From contig CATNEN010000039.1 of NCBI GenBank assembly GCA_950097015.1, positions 20,894,001 through 20,958,000 of the forward strand: a stretch of 64,000 nucleotides of DNA, in the 5' to 3' direction. The number at the start of each line of letters is the position of its first letter. Within the stretch, counting starts at the first letter, position 1. Made by a program: the position numbers and the translations under genes. This document shows positions 61,801 to 64,000 of this stretch, one piece after another. The notes under the pieces were generated by a model. The model had not been told where the DNA came from and searched no databases. It saw only the letters and a program-made list of their open reading frames with translations. This stretch comes from Macrostomum hystrix (Eukaryota > Animalia > Platyhelminthes).

Positions 61801-64000
61801 GATTCTACAGGACTGCAAAGCTACTGGACTGGGATTCTTCAGGACTGCAAAGCTACTGGAATGAGATTCTTCAGGACTGCAAAGCTACTGGAATGAGATT
61901 CTTAAGGACTGCAAAGCTACTGGAATGAGATTCTTCAGGACTGCAAACCTACTGGACTGAGATTCTTAAGGACTGCAAAGTTACTGGAATGAGATTCTTG
62001 AGGACTGCAAAGCTACTGGACTGAGATTCTTTAGAGCTGCAAAGCTACCGGACTGAAATTCTTTAGGGCTGCAAAGCTACTGGACTGAGATTCTTTAGGA
62101 CTGCAAAGCTACTGGACTGAGATTCTTCAGGACTGCAAAGCTACTGGACTGAGATTCTTCAGGACTGCAAAGCTACTGGACTGAGTTTCTTCAGGACTGC
62201 AAAGCTACTAGACTGAGATTCTTCTAGACTGCAAAGCTACTGGACTGAGATTCTTCAGAACTGCAAAGCTATTGGACTGAGATTCTTCGGGATTGCAAAG
62301 CTACTGGAGTGAGATTCTTCAGGACTGCAAAGCTACTGGACTTAAATTCTTTAAGGCTGCAAACCTACTGGACTGAGATTCTTCAGGACTGCAAACCTAC
62401 TGGACTGAGTTTCTTCAGGACTGCAAAGCTATTAGACTGAGATTCTTCTAGACAGCAAAGCTACTGGACTGAGATTCTTCAGAACTGCAAAGCTACTGGA
62501 CTGAGATTGTTCGGGATTGCAAAGCCACTGGAGTGAGATTCTTCAGGACTGCAAAGCTACTGGACTTAAATTCTTAAAAGCTGCAAACCTACTGGACTGA
62601 GATTCTTCAGGACTGCAAACCTACTGGACTGAGATTCTTCAGGACTGCAAACCTACTGGACTGAAATTCTACAGGACTGCAAAGCTACTGGACAGAGATT
62701 CTTCAGGACTGCAAAGCTACCGGACTATGATTCTTGAGGACTGCAAAGCTACTGGACTGAGATTCTTCAGGACTGCAAAGCTACTGGACTGGGATTCTTC
62801 AGGACTGCAAAGCTACCGGACTGAAATTCTTGAGGACTGCAAAGCTACTGGACTGAGATTCTTCAGGACTGCAAAGCTACTGGACTGAGATTCTTCAGGA
62901 CTGCAAAGCTACTGGACTGAGATTCTTCAGGACTGCAAAGCTACTGGACTGAGATTCTTGAGGACTGCAAAGCTACTGGACTGAGATTCTTTAGGACTGC
63001 AAAGCTACTGGGCTGAGATTCTTCAGGACTGCAAAGCTACTGGACTGAGATTCTTCAGGACTGCAAAGCAACTGGACTGAGATTCTTCAGAACTGCAAAG
63101 CTACTCGACTAAATTCTTCAGGACTGCAAAGCTACAGGACTGAGATTCTTCAGGACTGAAAAGCTACTGGACTGAGATTCTTCAGGACTGCAAAGCTACT
63201 GGACTGAGATTCTACAGGACTGCAAAGCTACTGGACTGGGATTCTTCAGGACTGCAAAGCTACTGGAATGAGATTCTTCAGGACTGCAAAGTTACTGGAC
63301 CGAGATTCTTAAGTACTGCAAAGCTACTGGAATGAGATTCTTCAGAACTGCAAAGCTACTGGACTGAGATTCTTCAGGACTGGAAAGCTACTGGACTGAG
63401 ATTCTTCAGGACTGCAAAGCTACTGGACTGAGATTCTTAAGGACTGCAAAGCCAATTAATGGACTGACATTCTTCAGGACTGCAAAGCTACCAGACTGAG
63501 ATTCTTCAGGACTGCAAAGCTACCGGAATGAGATTCTACAGAACTGCAAAGCTACTGGACTGAGATTCTTCAGGACTGCAAAGCTACCGGAATGAGATTC
63601 TTCGGGATTGCAAAGCTACTGGACTGAGATTATTCAGGACTGCAAAGCTACTGGACTGGGATTCTTCAGGACTGCAAAGCTACAGGACTGAGATTCTTCA
63701 GGACTGCAAAACTACTGGACTGAGATTCTTCAGGACTGCAAAGCTACTGGACTGAGTTTCTTCAGGACTGCAACGCTACTAGACTGAGATTCTTCTAGAC
63801 TGCAAAGCTACTGGACTGAGATTCTTCAGAACTGCAAAGCTACTGGACTGAGATTCTTCGGGATTGCAAAGCTACTGGAGTGAGATTCTTCAGGACTGCA
63901 AAGCCACTGGACTTAAATTCTTTAAGGCTGCAAACCTACTGGACTGAGATTCTTCAGGACTGCAAACCTACTGGACTGAGTTTCTTCAGGACTGCAAAGC
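55875..64000. repeat. 32-bp satellite, right block (runs off the window)
   Basis: Same unit and same variant series as the left block. Confidence 0.98.
55971..56336 (+). mobile_element. Young tRNA-derived SINE inserted in the satellite
   Basis: A box tggcagagcgg, B box gttcgattcc, (att)n tail, 15-bp TSD tgagattcttcagga (55956-55970 and 56337-56351). Confidence 0.92.

Noticed and set aside
39770-64000. CRISPR array or protein-coding repeat
   Set aside because: Units are contiguous with no unique spacers, there are no cas genes, and the 32-nt period forces a stop within three units.

Overview
Eukaryotic (metazoan) genomic DNA. Short genes, a different minisatellite in almost every intron and acceptor sites just upstream of start codons suggest a trans-splicing flatworm such as Macrostomum (inference only). 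1-11.6 kb: same-strand cluster UBE2S (5'-partial), TIM22, cullin-4, with a long-TIR MITE in cullin intron 1. 13.8-15.9 kb: 3'-truncated Ingi-like LINE with a 2A-like motif, PHD finger and APE domain. 16.5-27.9 kb: an orphan ORF and an 8-exon CNBD2-like gene, both on the minus strand. 29.8-36.3 kb: intact LOA-type LINE (ORF1 plus APE-RT-RNase H), followed by a hAT MITE, a LINE relic and a SINE. 39.8-64 kb: a 32-bp satellite with nested higher-order repeats, interrupted by a very young 9.3-kb non-autonomous gag-only LTR element (2324-bp LTRs) and a tRNA-SINE. Main leads: (i) the satellite starts exactly at a 3' splice site preceded by exon-like segments, so it may be the giant last exon of a spliced lncRNA; (ii) the LTR element appears to carry an antisense multi-exon transcript and duplicated RNA structures; (iii) several minisatellites are built from RNA-processing signals (donor sites, AG|GT ratchet points, poly(A) signals). 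All calls are by eye; no searches were run.
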